A stretch of DNA of 57,767 nucleotides, the filler included, from Bipalium vagum (taxonomy: Eukaryota), in the NCBI GenBank assembly GCA_037834085.1. It is 3 parts of 3 records of this genome, joined end to end, with 100 filler letters (N's around TTAATTAATTAA, not from the genome) between each part and the next. Parts side by side here need not be neighbours in the genome. Positions count along the whole stretch, not along the records: positions 38,245 to 57,767 come from JBBMKC010001185.1; 2 more parts are not named here. One strand, 5' to 3'. Of this stretch, positions 42,239 to 54,307 are shown piece by piece. The position numbers and the translations under genes are program-made. The notes under the pieces were generated by a model. The model made no database searches, had not been told where the DNA came from, and worked only from the letters and a program-made list of their open reading frames with translations. The number at the start of each line of letters is the position of its first letter. Position 1 is the stretch's first letter.

Positions 42239-44817
42239 TTTTTTCAATTTATTTTTTCATTTTGAACACGGTGGATTCAGATACATTACTTTCTAATTAA
42301 TTTCTTTATAATTTTCACATGTTTATCCAATTGTAACCAATTTGGTATGTTGTCTAACTTCCGTTGGTTTCGGTAATTTGTTTTTTCCGATTATTCGTGG
42401 AACTAAAATTATCATTAATTATTTATATGATAAGAAAATTTTGATTTGATTTTGAAATCGATCTATATAATTATGAAAATTGTTTGCATAATTTTGAAAT
42501 TGATCTGTATAATACTGTAATCATCAGTATAATGGTTTTCAAAATATAATACATTTCTTAATAATAAATTAATATTTATTACTAATAGTATATAGGAGAT
42601 TTTTTATATAATTATATTTAGAAATCACAAATATTTTTCGTTCCAAGGCTAAAATAAGGAATAAAAGATTATAATAAAATTAGATAAATTTAAAGTTCGC
42701 CATTTATTAATAAAGCAAAAATAAAATTTTTTATATGAATATATGAAGAATTGTACCAAATCGAAATAAATTTGAAATAAAAATTAACAATTAAAACAGT
42801 AGAGCCTGATATTCAGCTTATGAGTGCCATTGAAGTGAAAGAAATGGTATTGTTGCACTAATGTAAATTCAATTAGTAGACAATTAAGATGTAAAACAAT
42901 TATAAATTGCTGAGCATTGAAACCTTTGAAGTTCTCATGAATTGGAACACAATAATAATAGTATATTTTCTGATGAAGAGTCTTTCCAAATTACGAAATG
43001 TCATCAAACTCTCAAGATTTTCTATCTTTAAATAAATAAACAAATTTTATTATGAAAACCATTAAAACAAAATGAAAAACTTCCACAAAAATGTTGGCAA
43101 TGGATAATATTAATATGAAATCAGTGGAAATTATTATTAATTTTTATTATTTAAAGATTATTTAAAGTATTCAATATTCTCAACTCATTTCAAACTAGTA
43201 AATGTTATTGACAAATCATTATTAATTGTTTTGTTACATATAAATATTATAATTATAGTAACAGGGGGCGAAACAAACTAATTGAGAATAGTTTTCTTCA
43301 TTTTTCTATCATTCTTATCATCCTAATGAAAAAACTGTTTCGTTTTTTACGGATATAAAATTAATAAACACTGAAAAAATCACAATAAAAATGTCTTCGT
43401 TGCTCTCACAATTTCAGAAATCACACCAAGAAGTCGTGAAAGAATAATTTCTATGGAAGAAAAAAAATAATTAATAACAAAAAAAGTTTCTAAAGTAGAA
43501 AATAATTTTCTTTGTAATTATAAATAGAAAGAGGTGTGGAGTTTGGTAAATGTTTAATAATTAAAGTAAGTCGAAGAAAAGAAAATTTCGCAGGTGTAAG
43601 GTGAAGGATTGTTTGTGAATTTTCAATTCATGATTTTCATATTTACAAGAAAATGGAGGTGAGATTTTCGCCCTTTTTTGCAACCAGGCCTCAAAAGGGA
43701 GCAGGAAATTCGAGAAAAGCTGTTGGACTCAACTGTATGAAGGGATCTGGAGGAGAGATTTCTATCCATTCATAAATCCATTCTATTCAAGGGATTGGAG
43801 GTAATGATAGAATGCCTTATCACCGAGAAAATACGGGATAATAGTGAACCAATGCGTTCTGATGTCTGACCATGGAGCTGAGTTATATTCTAGTGGAGTC
43901 TTTTAACAACCTGATAAGATGCAATGTAGTCAAATTTCATCAGGAACATTGGTTAATGGACAAGTCTGATGTTATCTGCATGTTAGCATGGACTGCCCGA
44001 AGTTTGACTAGGAATCTGGGTTAAATTCCAGTTGAGACGCAGAGTTACTCCTCTGTTGATGATCCCATGTAGTTGATCTCCATAGGCAGAATACTCAATT
44101 GCCCTCACTGCTGGTATCCTTGTATTAGCCTGACCTTGATGAGTTCGTGAAGAAGGGAAAAATATTACAAAATGATAAATACAAAGCAGATATGAAGATA
44201 TCCGAATCCAATCCAATTGAAAAAGAAAAACAATTTGTTGATGTTTATTAATGTCGTAGTTTAAATAAAACGTTATAAATAAATAAATAAATTTAAAAGA
44301 TTTGTGGTTGCGATCACAAATTAAAAAACTTATTCATTCTTCCTATTTATTTACAATGATATTAATTTTAAAATGTGTTAATCATTATTTTTATCTTCCA
44401 CATTTCCATGCTCCCTCAAAATTTCGTTGAAAATAATTCTCTGTTCAGCAAATATAAAACTAAATGAAAAATGAAAAATAAATAGAAATAATAGAAATAA
44501 ATTAGATGAAAAGGTTTACTTCTTAATTAGTCTTCTTACATCCTTTAATCTATTGTATTATAATTATAATTGCTATACGCAGTGTACGTCTAGACACAGA
44601 AGAAAAATATAAATCAATAAATAATTAATATATTTTTCTAAATGACAACTTTATAAAAATATAAAAAAAATAATCAATAAATACTCGAAATTAGAGTTAA
44701 GAAAAAAGGAACTTCGTGTGGACAGTCATTTTCCGAGAAAAAGTGCAAAACAAAAAACGGCATTGTGAAAAATTAAAATCTTGCGTCCATTGTTGTACAG
44801 AAGAGAAACGAGAGCCT

Positions 44818-47800
44818 TTAAGAAGAGGCATTTTGAAGCTTTTTCAGTTTCGGATTTCTTAAGACATTTGGAGTTTGTGGATTGATCAATTTACCAATAT
44901 TTTCTTCTCTAATCTTTTGTCTGATAATATCAATACCTATTTTCCCATTGATTCTGTTATATTCGTACCGTAATACAGAACTCTGGACCTCTTTCTTTCT
45001 ATTGATACTGACTGGGTTGATTCTGTTCGCAATGCGAATCGACTTTGTTCTTGACTTATTTCTACGTCTGCTCGTTGTATTAGACTGGTTGGGAATGTAA
45101 TTTGATGAATTTCCTATTTCAGATGTTTCGGAGTTTTGGCTGGAATGTATAGAAATTTTAGCTGAAAACGTATTTGACCGAGACACTGCATCATTTTCAT
45201 TGCCCTCATTAACCACTGGAAAATTAACCGTCTCTTTGTCATTGTTAGTAACATTATTATCATTAATACTCTTGCTAGTATTATCATTTATATTATTAAT
45301 ATTAATTTTATCATCATCCTTGGAATCATCAATGCTATGATCATTATTGAAATTGTTACTCTCATCATCTTTGTTATTATTGATTTTATTATCATTATTA
45401 TTATCACCATGATTATTATTATCATTATCATTATTATTATTATCATTAGTATTATTATCATTGTTATTATCATTTAGGACGGTTTTATTAACATTCACAG
45501 TGTTCTTATCGCTGTCATGAACTTCATTTTCATTTCCAGAATGTGGAGATGATAAAATGGTTTCATTTACGGTGCTGCCTAAAAATGAACGCTCCGAACT
45601 AGAAAGACATTTTTTATTGGAATTGTCTGACTTTTTAGATGATGGTTTGGAATTGGTTTTCTGTTGAGCGACTGATGACTTTGGATCAATACTTATGTCA
45701 CCGGTCCGAACCGTATTAATTACACTTGGTAATGTCGATAATGCTAGTTCAGTGCTTCTTATAGACTGACGATGACTGAAAAACATATTTTGTTTTCGTA
45801 ATAAAGTCAAATCTTCTAAATTTCTGTCATCTTCAAAATCATTTTCTAAACTCAAAGAATCAATAATCCTTTTGGCCGATCTTCCTCCAAATGTGTATAA
45901 TGTTTCTTTACAATAAGGGGTTGTAGCTAAATCGTATGCTGTTAAGGATTCGTCGTCATGGACGTTGTATAAGATTTCGTTGATGTTACTTCCTTTTGAA
46001 ATTAAAAGAAAGCACATAGGACAGTCGTTCCTGACAGCTGCCAAATGTAAAGCTGTTTGGCCGCTATTATTTTTAACATTAATGTTTTCCTTAGCACCAG
46101 CTGTGTTTAAGAGAATTTCTGCTATTTCTTTATACCCGCGATAAGCGGCTTCGTGCAGAGGCATACTGCCATCGTTAGATTTTAGCCAAGGATTGACGTT
46201 GTATGAAAGTAAAAGTTCTAAGCACTTGAAAGCGCCCTTTTCTGCAGATTTGTGGCAAACATTTCTTCCAATATTATCAATAACATCCAGTCTGGCGTTT
46301 AGTTCAATCAATCTTTTTACAAGTTTTTCGTTGCAACTTGATATGGCATAGAATATTGGTGTCAAGCCATTAGGATCTTCAACGTCTGGTTCAAACATTT
46401 CCATTGCAGCCAGCTCGTTAAATATTTCTAAACTGCCTTCTGAACAAACATAATGTAAACTACAGAGATTTTGATTATCTTTGGCCATAACATTGGCCCC
46501 AAGCTTCAAAAGTACTAAAACAGCTTCAATGTTCTGGATATTGATGCCCAATAATAATGGTGTCCTGTTAACCTTGTCTTTACATTCGATATCTCCATTC
46601 ATTTTCAGCAATAATTCCAAGAATTCTTTACAATGATAAACGACCTTTTTGATTTTGGATACTTCCACGATATAATGCAATGGATAGTTTCCTTCTGCGT
46701 CTGGTTTATGAATAAATCTGCTCTTATCTTCCACATGGTCGTACATGATTTGTAAGGCTTCTAAGTTGTTATATAACACAGCAAGGTGTAACGCTGTTCG
46801 TCCACTGGAATCGGAAAAGTTGAAGTCGGAATCATTCTTTATCAAAATTTTCAACAAATTCATTTCTTTCAGCATAATCACCATGTGAAGGACAATAAGA
46901 TTCTGATTATCATGTTTATTGACAAGATCGGGGGCTTTATCAATTATCATCTGAAAGATTTGAGTATTTTTTAATGAATAATGCAATAATGTCTTTCCAG
47001 TCTGGTCTTCAATTTCTGATAATGATCCGCCTTTCTCAATGAATTCCAAGATACCGTCCATGGATCCATTGTAACAGGACAAAAGAAGATCTTTTTTGTA
47101 TTCTTCAGTCACCTCAAAATTCGATTCTTTATTCTCACTTTCTATTTCATTACTTTCAAAAATTTCTTCAAGTACTTCATTTTCCATTGTCTCTTTTTCA
47201 TATTCCATTATGTCTTCATTCTTTGCCACTTGATCATCAGATGTCGTTGACAACGTTCCATCGTCCCCGTTGCTCTCAGACAATTTTTCAAGCACTTCTT
47301 CCTCCTGAATCACCAATGTTTTCAACAGGTCTTCAGCTAGCTTTCCATCGAATTTCGTAATGAGAAATTTCGTTTCATTTTTGTTTGCCAAATCCAAAGC
47401 TGTCATGGACTTTCCGTTGCTTGTTCTCAGGAGAATATTTGTGTCAGCTGCGTTTTCCAAAAGAATTGAACAGATTGACAAATTGTCTTTAACGGCTCCC
47501 AAATGAAGAGCGGTCTGTCCGTTTTGGTTTTTGTGATTGATCAATTCTTTCGATATTTCATTTGAGCTGATATTATCAATGAGAAATTGTAAAACTTGTG
47601 GATGACCCTTGTAGGCAGCTTCGTGCAACGGATAGTTACTTTCGTTGTTCAATTTCCATAAATCAGCCTTATATTGGTTCAGGATTTCCAGGTTTTTCAA
47701 ATCGCCTTTCCCACTGGCAAAATGGGCCACGTTTCTTCCTTTAGAATCTACCGCGTCGACATTTGCACCTTTCTCTAACAACGTAATAAGAACTGTCGGA

Positions 47801-48558
47801 TTACTGTAGGAACTTGCGTACATCAGGGCCGTGCAAAGGTTGTTATCGGAAGTTTCAATACAGAACCCGTAATCATCGAGAAGAATCTTTACCAATTCCT
47901 CATTTCCCATGGAGATAGCATAGTGCAAAATGGACAAGCCCTCTGCATCTTTTGTGTATATATCTGCTCCCTTTTCTAATAGATATTTCATTTTGACAAT
48001 ATTATTAGAGCACACTGCCCACATGAGAGGAGATCTTTCGTGAAAATCGAGACTCTCAATGTTGGCGTTATATTCCAGTAGAACTTCAATTATTTGTGTT
48101 TCCTCTTCAGCTTTTTCAGCTTTGACTTTCGCCGCATAATGCAAAGGTGACCCTTTAGAATTGTCCGATATGTTAACATCCGCACTATGTTCGCATAATA
48201 TCTTTACGGCTTCACTGTTATTATAAATGACAGCCAAAAGAAGTGCAGTTCTCGAATCATTGTTCAGCTTGTTGACATCGGGATGTTTGGAGAGTAAATG
48301 GTTGAGAGAGATCGGTGGTTTGATCATGGAAGCTAAATGCAGAACTGTATATCCGTTTTTCTCGCCAATATTCAAAAGATCAGGAGCAGCGTCCAGAATG
48401 AGGTCGGTACAGGATTGGTTTTTGAAACAGTAGTGAAGTAAGGTTTTATCTGTTAAATCGCGAACATCACCAATATCCGACAATTGGCCCAAGAGCTTTT
48501 TCACTTTTTTGTGATTGCCTTCCTTGCACGCTTTCAACAGTACAACATAGGGATCCAT
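44818..48558 (-). CDS. Large ankyrin-repeat protein (~1246 aa from first ATG), probably inversin-like; two tandem ankyrin modules, acidic linker, Asn/Asp-rich low-complexity tail
   Basis: Uninterrupted 3.7 kb ORF in AT-rich DNA. Many ankyrin motifs (KTLLHY, GYTVLHLA, RTALHLAV, PLHEAAYKGH, GQTALHL). The ORF-track start at 48591 is TTG; the first ATG (MDPYVV) is at 48558. The inversin-like assignment is from recollection, not a search. Confidence 0.93.
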   Translation of the reverse strand: MDPYVVLLKACKEGNHKKVKKLLGQLSDIGDVRDLTDKTLLHYCFKNQSCTDLILDAAPDLLNIGEKNGYTVLHLASMIKPPISLNHLLSKHPDVNKLNNDSRTALLLAVIYNNSEAVKILCEHSADVNISDNSKGSPLHYAAKVKAEKAEEETQIIEVLLEYNANIESLDFHERSPLMWAVCSNNIVKMKYLLEKGADIYTKDAEGLSILHYAISMGNEELVKILLDDYGFCIETSDNNLCTALMYASSYSNPTVLITLLEKGANVDAVDSKGRNVAHFASGKGDLKNLEILNQYKADLWKLNNESNYPLHEAAYKGHPQVLQFLIDNISSNEISKELINHKNQNGQTALHLGAVKDNLSICSILLENAADTNILLRTSNGKSMTALDLANKNETKFLITKFDGKLAEDLLKTLVIQEEEVLEKLSESNGDDGTLSTTSDDQVAKNEDIMEYEKETMENEVLEEIFESNEIESENKESNFEVTEEYKKDLLLSCYNGSMDGILEFIEKGGSLSEIEDQTGKTLLHYSLKNTQIFQMIIDKAPDLVNKHDNQNLIVLHMVIMLKEMNLLKILIKNDSDFNFSDSSGRTALHLAVLYNNLEALQIMYDHVEDKSRFIHKPDAEGNYPLHYIVEVSKIKKVVYHCKEFLELLLKMNGDIECKDKVNRTPLLLGINIQNIEAVLVLLKLGANVMAKDNQNLCSLHYVCSEGSLEIFNELAAMEMFEPDVEDPNGLTPIFYAISSCNEKLVKRLIELNARLDVIDNIGRNVCHKSAEKGAFKCLELLLSYNVNPWLKSNDGSMPLHEAAYRGYKEIAEILLNTAGAKENINVKNNSGQTALHLAAVRNDCPMCFLLISKGSNINEILYNVHDDESLTAYDLATTPYCKETLYTFGGRSAKRIIDSLSLENDFEDDRNLEDLTLLRKQNMFFSHRQSIRSTELALSTLPSVINTVRTGDISIDPKSSVAQQKTNSKPSSKKSDNSNKKCLSSSERSFLGSTVNETILSSPHSGNENEVHDSDKNTVNVNKTVLNDNNNDNNTNDNNNNDNDNNNHGDNNNDNKINNNKDDESNNFNNDHSIDDSKDDDKININNINDNTSKSINDNNVTNNDKETVNFPVVNEGNENDAVSRSNTFSAKISIHSSQNSETSEIGNSSNYIPNQSNTTSRRRNKSRTKSIRIANRINPVSINRKKEVQSSVLRYEYNRINGKIGIDIIRQKIREENIGKLINPQTPNVLRNPKLKKLQNASS

Positions 48559-49614
48559 CACGAATGTCCGTAAAAAGAGATAAAATGGCAAGAAGACCGT
48601 TCAATTTCACTGAGAATAATTAACACAATCAATCGAAAGATGACAACAAAAACAATGCATTTTTAAAAGTAATATTCAGAGAGCGGAGAAGAAAAATTTG
48701 TTTATTTGTTTTTGCCAGCCAATCAAAATGCGATGATGCGAGATTAAAAAATCAATATTTCATGATTGTTTTATTTTATTTTAGCATTCAGCATTACTTT
48801 TCATAAGAAGGGTGTCGGCCATCAATCTTGTTTTGTCTACCATTATGGTTTTACTTTGATTTTTGCTTTGATTAAGAACTTGAAATCAGCAAGACATGGA
48901 AGTCCTGGCGTGGGTTTTCTTTATTCAATTAACAATAATTCAGAATGTTATTGATGAGATTTATTATTTTTATTATTATTTATACTTTCAATTTTGTAAC
49001 GAAATGTAGCGCTAGTATTAAAGTAATGAATTTCAATTTGAAACTGTCATATTTATTCGACCATTGATATATTTAAGTTAGAATTTGAAGCCGGGAAATA
49101 TTGGAGCTTCTCTTATAATTTTTAATTAATAATAATAAAATATCAGTAAAAAAAATATGATTAAATGAAATTTATTCATTTAATTATTTTTCAATGAATT
49201 TTTTTCAGATAATTTTCATATTTTAAACTGGCTCGATAAGTACACATTTTAACTGAACTTGTCTTGTTGCAATGGGAGGTTTGATAATTGGTTTAATTCA
49301 ATGTTCCCAATTTGATGAAACAGAAATTAAGTTTTCCTGGGTTTATATTTATGCAACCTCGAGTATCCATCGTGTTGAAAAGAAATGATGCATTTAAACA
49401 ATGAATAATTTGAATGTATTTTTAATGCTTTGATTGTGTAATTGTTATCAGGTTTTTTGTTTGGTTAGGCACTTCAAACAGTTATCTGTACCATGGAAAC
49501 TTCGAAAGGGGAAGTTTGGGTATTCAGTTAGTATTATAAAGTAAATCAGAGCTTAACAATTACCTTTGGGAATTAGTTTTTATGTATAATTAATGTTAAA
49601 TATAAAATTATATA

Positions 49615-51090
49615 TAGTGTAGTGCATAATTATAAAACCATTTAAATCTCAGGTTTACAAAATCCAATCAGTTTTATATTAAAATTATAGTGATGTTAGA
49701 CTATTTCCATATTACCGCTAAATTTTCAGCACTGTATCTATGTGTTTTATATTATACTAGAAAAGATAAAAAATAAGTGGTGCAAATTTATAAGACAAAT
49801 AAAATATTTTATTAACTAAAAGGTTTATTAACAATTAATAAATAGTCTTAGCTCCATTCAGGTGAATTACTTCAAATACCAGGTTTGGCATTGACTAAAC
49901 TAATTGTTGACGCTCATTATCAATCACTTCAGACCAAGGTCTAATTATGGCATTTTAAAATCCTGTGTTGTTTGAAGTTGTCTTTCATTTCTGTAAACCT
50001 TTCTAGTGTATAAGTCCTACAAATTATCAATCGAATCAAAGTTTGGTGATATCGATGACCGTGGAAGAATATTTATTTTTTGCCAATTAAATCATGAAAT
50101 ATTGACATTGGGTCTATGAATTGTGCATTATCTTGTTGAAAAATTCATTCTAGACAATATTAATCATATGATTTTTCAAGGTATTTTGATATCCTTTAGT
50201 ATTTAATTTCGTCTCAAAAAAACTAATATCGCTCTGACCATTTCAACCAAAACCTGCGTAGATCATGAAAATACCACCACCTTGAATCTACCATGAAACT
50301 ACCACCAAAACCAACTCTTCCTTTCGTAACACGTGCTAGTAATAAAAAAGATTATCAGGACAATCCAAATTAAACTTTTTCCATCCGGCTATGCATTTTT
50401 CTTCCACACTTCATTCTAAATCATGTGGTCTCTTGCCCATTCTAATCTGGATTGCTTGTGAGCATCGGTTAAATAAGGTGGTTTTTTTTCATGAATATGT
50501 GATTCCCTGACTGTCTCATTACACGATTCACAGTCCATCCTGATATTCCATTATTGACATTGGCTGCAATCTGACGACAAAAGATAACTTTGTCGCTGGC
50601 TTCCCTTAAAATTTGAAGTTTGGCACAATCTTTTACCTTTTTGGTCTCCTTCGATTCAAAGCTTTGATTCTTATTGAATCTTTCAAAAAATTAGTTACTA
50701 CCGTTTTGGACTGATGAATTATTTCCGAAATTCGGCGATGACTAAATCCTTCCTTGGACAGTTTAACTTTTTTTATTTTTCCTCCGAATTTAATAAATAT
50801 CCTAATGGGATTTGTCTTATATTATAAGATATATATAACCTATAAAATAATCAATAAAAATATATGTATATAGCTCTTACTATAAAAGTAGGCTTAGTTA
50901 TAGAAAGTGGTCTTATAATTATACACAACCTATTTTAAAATTTTTATATTGCAGATAATCAAAAATGAGTTCATAGTTTCAATGCATATTTAATATGTAG
51001 CAGTAGGTACATAAAAGTTTTATATTTATTTTAAGAATATGGTTTATATTTACTGAAATATAGGTGGTCTTATAATTATGCACCACTGTG
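49615..51090 (-). mobile_element. Degenerate Tc1-family element with IR/DR-type ends
   Basis: Inverted GTGCATAATTATAAGACCA-like motif at both ends, with inner copies near 49776 and 50907; minus-strand relics FQQDNA, SPNFDSIDNL and SMPNLVFEVIHLNGAKTIY. Confidence 0.85.
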
Positions 51091-51632
51091 TAATAATATT
51101 AAAGGATAGATGATTTATGGGATCAATAACTCATTGACTTTGAGATTTACCTGTCATAAAATATTGCTACTAAGTGTTGAGTCTATGAAGCTAAATTGAA
51201 TATGTGAAAGATGTTGAGATCGACCTTCTCAGATCCTTTCAAACCGATATATACGTAAAAATTTTAGTGTTCACATTTCTGTTACACATTATGGCTCTCT
51301 TCCATTATTATTTTGTGAAAAATTATAATTTAATATTTTTTATTATTTTATTTTAATAAAATATTTTCATTTATTAAATAAATTTTTTTTAAAATCAAAA
51401 GTTAATTAGTTTTATATTTCAACTATGTTTTTCCAATGCATTTGAACGTGATTTTTTAATTATCGAAAGAAAAGTTTAAAGGTCAGTAATATCAAGTTAA
51501 ACTGTTACAAGATTAATAGACGAAATGTCATAATCTCATATGAACAATAGTAATCACACAAATAATAAAGATTTCACCTTTTAAAAATATATTATACCGT
51601 TATATATCTGTAATAATAAATTAATAGGTTAG

Positions 51633-51665
<33 letters not shown>

Positions 51666-52559
51666 TTAATATTAATATTAATATTAATAATAATAATAAT
51701 AATAATAAAAGGGCGACCTCAAATCGATTAAATCTGTCAATTGACACTTTGAATAATTTCTTAGTTCCAAAAAAAAAAGCTTATTTTTTTAGATCGGAAT
51801 AATTTTCTAACAAAATTGATGTCAGTACCAATTTTGAATTTAAGACAATAAAAGAGGAAGATGTTTTGGATGTTCTTCAGGCAATGGGTCGGTTTTCAAT
51901 GGGCCCATGTCAGCCCCTTAGTCTTGTATCACCATTTAATGCTGGTGAACAAGTTAAAACTATTATAATCCATTTAACCTTAATTTAGATATGTTATGGT
52001 CACAATCTTTTGGTAATATAAATTTTGTTATTATTGTAAAAAGATCAAAGCATAAATATGAAAAGTTACTGATATAAAAAATGATAACAAACATATTTTC
52101 AATATACTTATAACAGTAACAATGGTCTGCAAATGAATTTTAGTATTACGGATCATTTCATCTTATTTATATCTCACAAAATATTTTAACCTTGAGCATT
52201 GTATGAACTTGCAAAATAGAATTCATCCGCTCGTTAAGCTTCCTGTAAATTCAACACCGGAAAAAATTCTTTACGAATATATAACATACCAAAGTTGGAA
52301 TGAGACCATGATCAATGGTATTTTATGGACAGATAAATTCTTTAGTTATCTCGAAACAACATCAAAATTTGAGGAACTCATTCCCGTATCTTTTATATTT
52401 CATAATGCCTGGTACATAGTGAAAATTCAATATTTTACAGTATTGGATCTTAGATAATGTGGTCAGTCACCTAGTGTGAAGTATGTAGTTTAATTAAGGA
52501 ACACAAAAATAATTCATTTTAATATTAATAAATTTCAAGGGCGTGATGCATTGTTATAA

Positions 52560-52990
52560 GGTTAGTGCATTAAATTTTTATCTCTCAGAAATAAGTGAGA
52601 AAACGCTTTATACAGTCTTTTATTTATCATGATTCCAAACTATTCTTTTTTTTCAGTGAGCTCATGTGGTATCCATTTTTTCAACTTTCTGACTTTACCA
52701 ATCAAATGAAAATGACGGAAAGGTGCTACATGGTGAACATGCAGCTTCCTTCCAATTTCGCGTGATGTTTAGTAAGGTTCTTTCCTTCAAAACTTTTTTG
52801 TCAAGAACTGTTTCAGGCCTTTCTTCTTGTTCATTTTCAAGGCTTGATTAGCCAGATCTAGTTTATGCGAACCAGCATTGAATAGTCCAAATAAAAATTG
52901 CATCATCTCCATACACTTTTTAAAGATTCTTATTTGCTGTCACGGTACTATTTCCAAGTAAAATACCGTAATGCATTATAAGCCTAAAAA
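52560..52990 (-). mobile_element. Mariner N-terminal relic
   Basis: KVYGDDA and WIPHELTE on the minus strand. Confidence 0.65.
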
Positions 52991-53393
52991 AGAAACATTT
53001 ATTTTATGAAGACGCTTTCTGTCTATCTTCGTTGATTTTTTGATTTTTCAATTTGATTATGATCGTATTTAAAAGCATCTTTTGGCATTTTTCTTCTCCA
53101 AATTATTTTAGTAACCTCACCAGCTCTTTTTTTAGCGAGTTATCGGTAGCAAATTGAAAAGAGTTAAAAAAACAAAGAAAATTACTTGTTGTTCTTCGCC
53201 ATCTTCAGGTGTGCAAAAAAATCTCAATGAAGAAATCAACCATCTCAACTGCGTCTAGGGGGAACTATTTATAACTCCCTCAATCCACCACCTATTAGAT
53301 GTCTCGAAATTACCCTATATCCTAAGTCATAAGCAATATAACATTATAACAAGAGAAATAAGACCTGGTCTTTTTGTTTTTATCGAAACATAC

Positions 53394-54307
53394 TGTTGGG
53401 TTAGCCAAGGACACATCCCTGTAAATCCTTGTAAAAACATGTGTTAGAGACCTCAATAGGGTTTAGATTAGTGATCAATATTATAAATTAATTATTAAGA
53501 CCGCAAAGGGGTCAGAATTAAATTAATAATAATGAAATAATAATTAATTAATTAAAAAGTACATTAAAACAAAAAAGGGGCAGTTAATTATTATTTTTAA
53601 GGGATCTAATCTTGACAATGGCGAACCTAAATTGCCAAGATTAGATCAGAGTTTGCAAGGAGGGACCGATTTAGAATTAACGAGCTAAAAAGGGAATTGA
53701 CATTACCTATTGATAAAGCTGGTCTACGATTGATTGATCGTCTGACCAGAATAGTATATAAGGGAGATGGAATCCGCAGTGGATTGCCATAAAATTCTCC
53801 GAGAGAAATTTTCGTGACCACGAGGTATTCGACTACAAAATATTCTAGATATTCATCAAAAGGTTTTTCGTCATTCTTTATGTCCTCTCTGCGACAGGAG
53901 CTCACGACGGGTCCTGTGCTGATAGTGGGTTTCTGAGCGAACTGGACTTGACTCAGCAAACCACCCTTTGGACCTGTCGTCGTCACAACTGGTGAGAGTA
54001 TCTTCACTTTCTTTTCTTTGTTTTTTTAATAAAATTAATTAACACCTGACATTTAATTATTTGATTATTATTATTCGATTGATTATTTCTATTTAACTTT
54101 AGTGTGATTGATTTTTGAACATTTGATTGCAAGCATTTTATTGATTATGTGATCCTTGAGTTTGTTATTGATATTTTAGTAATAAAGTGTAGCTCATAGT
54201 TGTTTTGACTCATTCATTTGCGTACACGTATTGACAAAAGTGAAGGGGTCATTAAACCTTGCGAGCTAAGTGTTACGATAACGTTAATAGTAAATAATAG
54301 CGTAACA
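53394..54307 (+). mobile_element. Solo LTR (914 bp), family A
   Basis: TGTT...AACA termini, perfect 4-bp TSD ATAC (53390-93, 54308-11), internal TATATAA at ~53755 and AATAAA at ~54181; colinear with the inverted copy at 28141-28978. Confidence 0.9.

Noticed and set aside
44818-48558. Horizontal transfer of the ankyrin gene from an endosymbiont or virus
   Set aside because: No bacterial or viral neighbours or secretion/F-box tail recognised, and the Asn-rich tail fits the host. Not excluded without a phylogeny, but unsupported.
28141-54307. Family-A copies as ends of one giant 26-kb element capturing the two genes
   Set aside because: They are inverted and diverged, and the 53394-54307 copy has its own TSD, so they are independent insertions.
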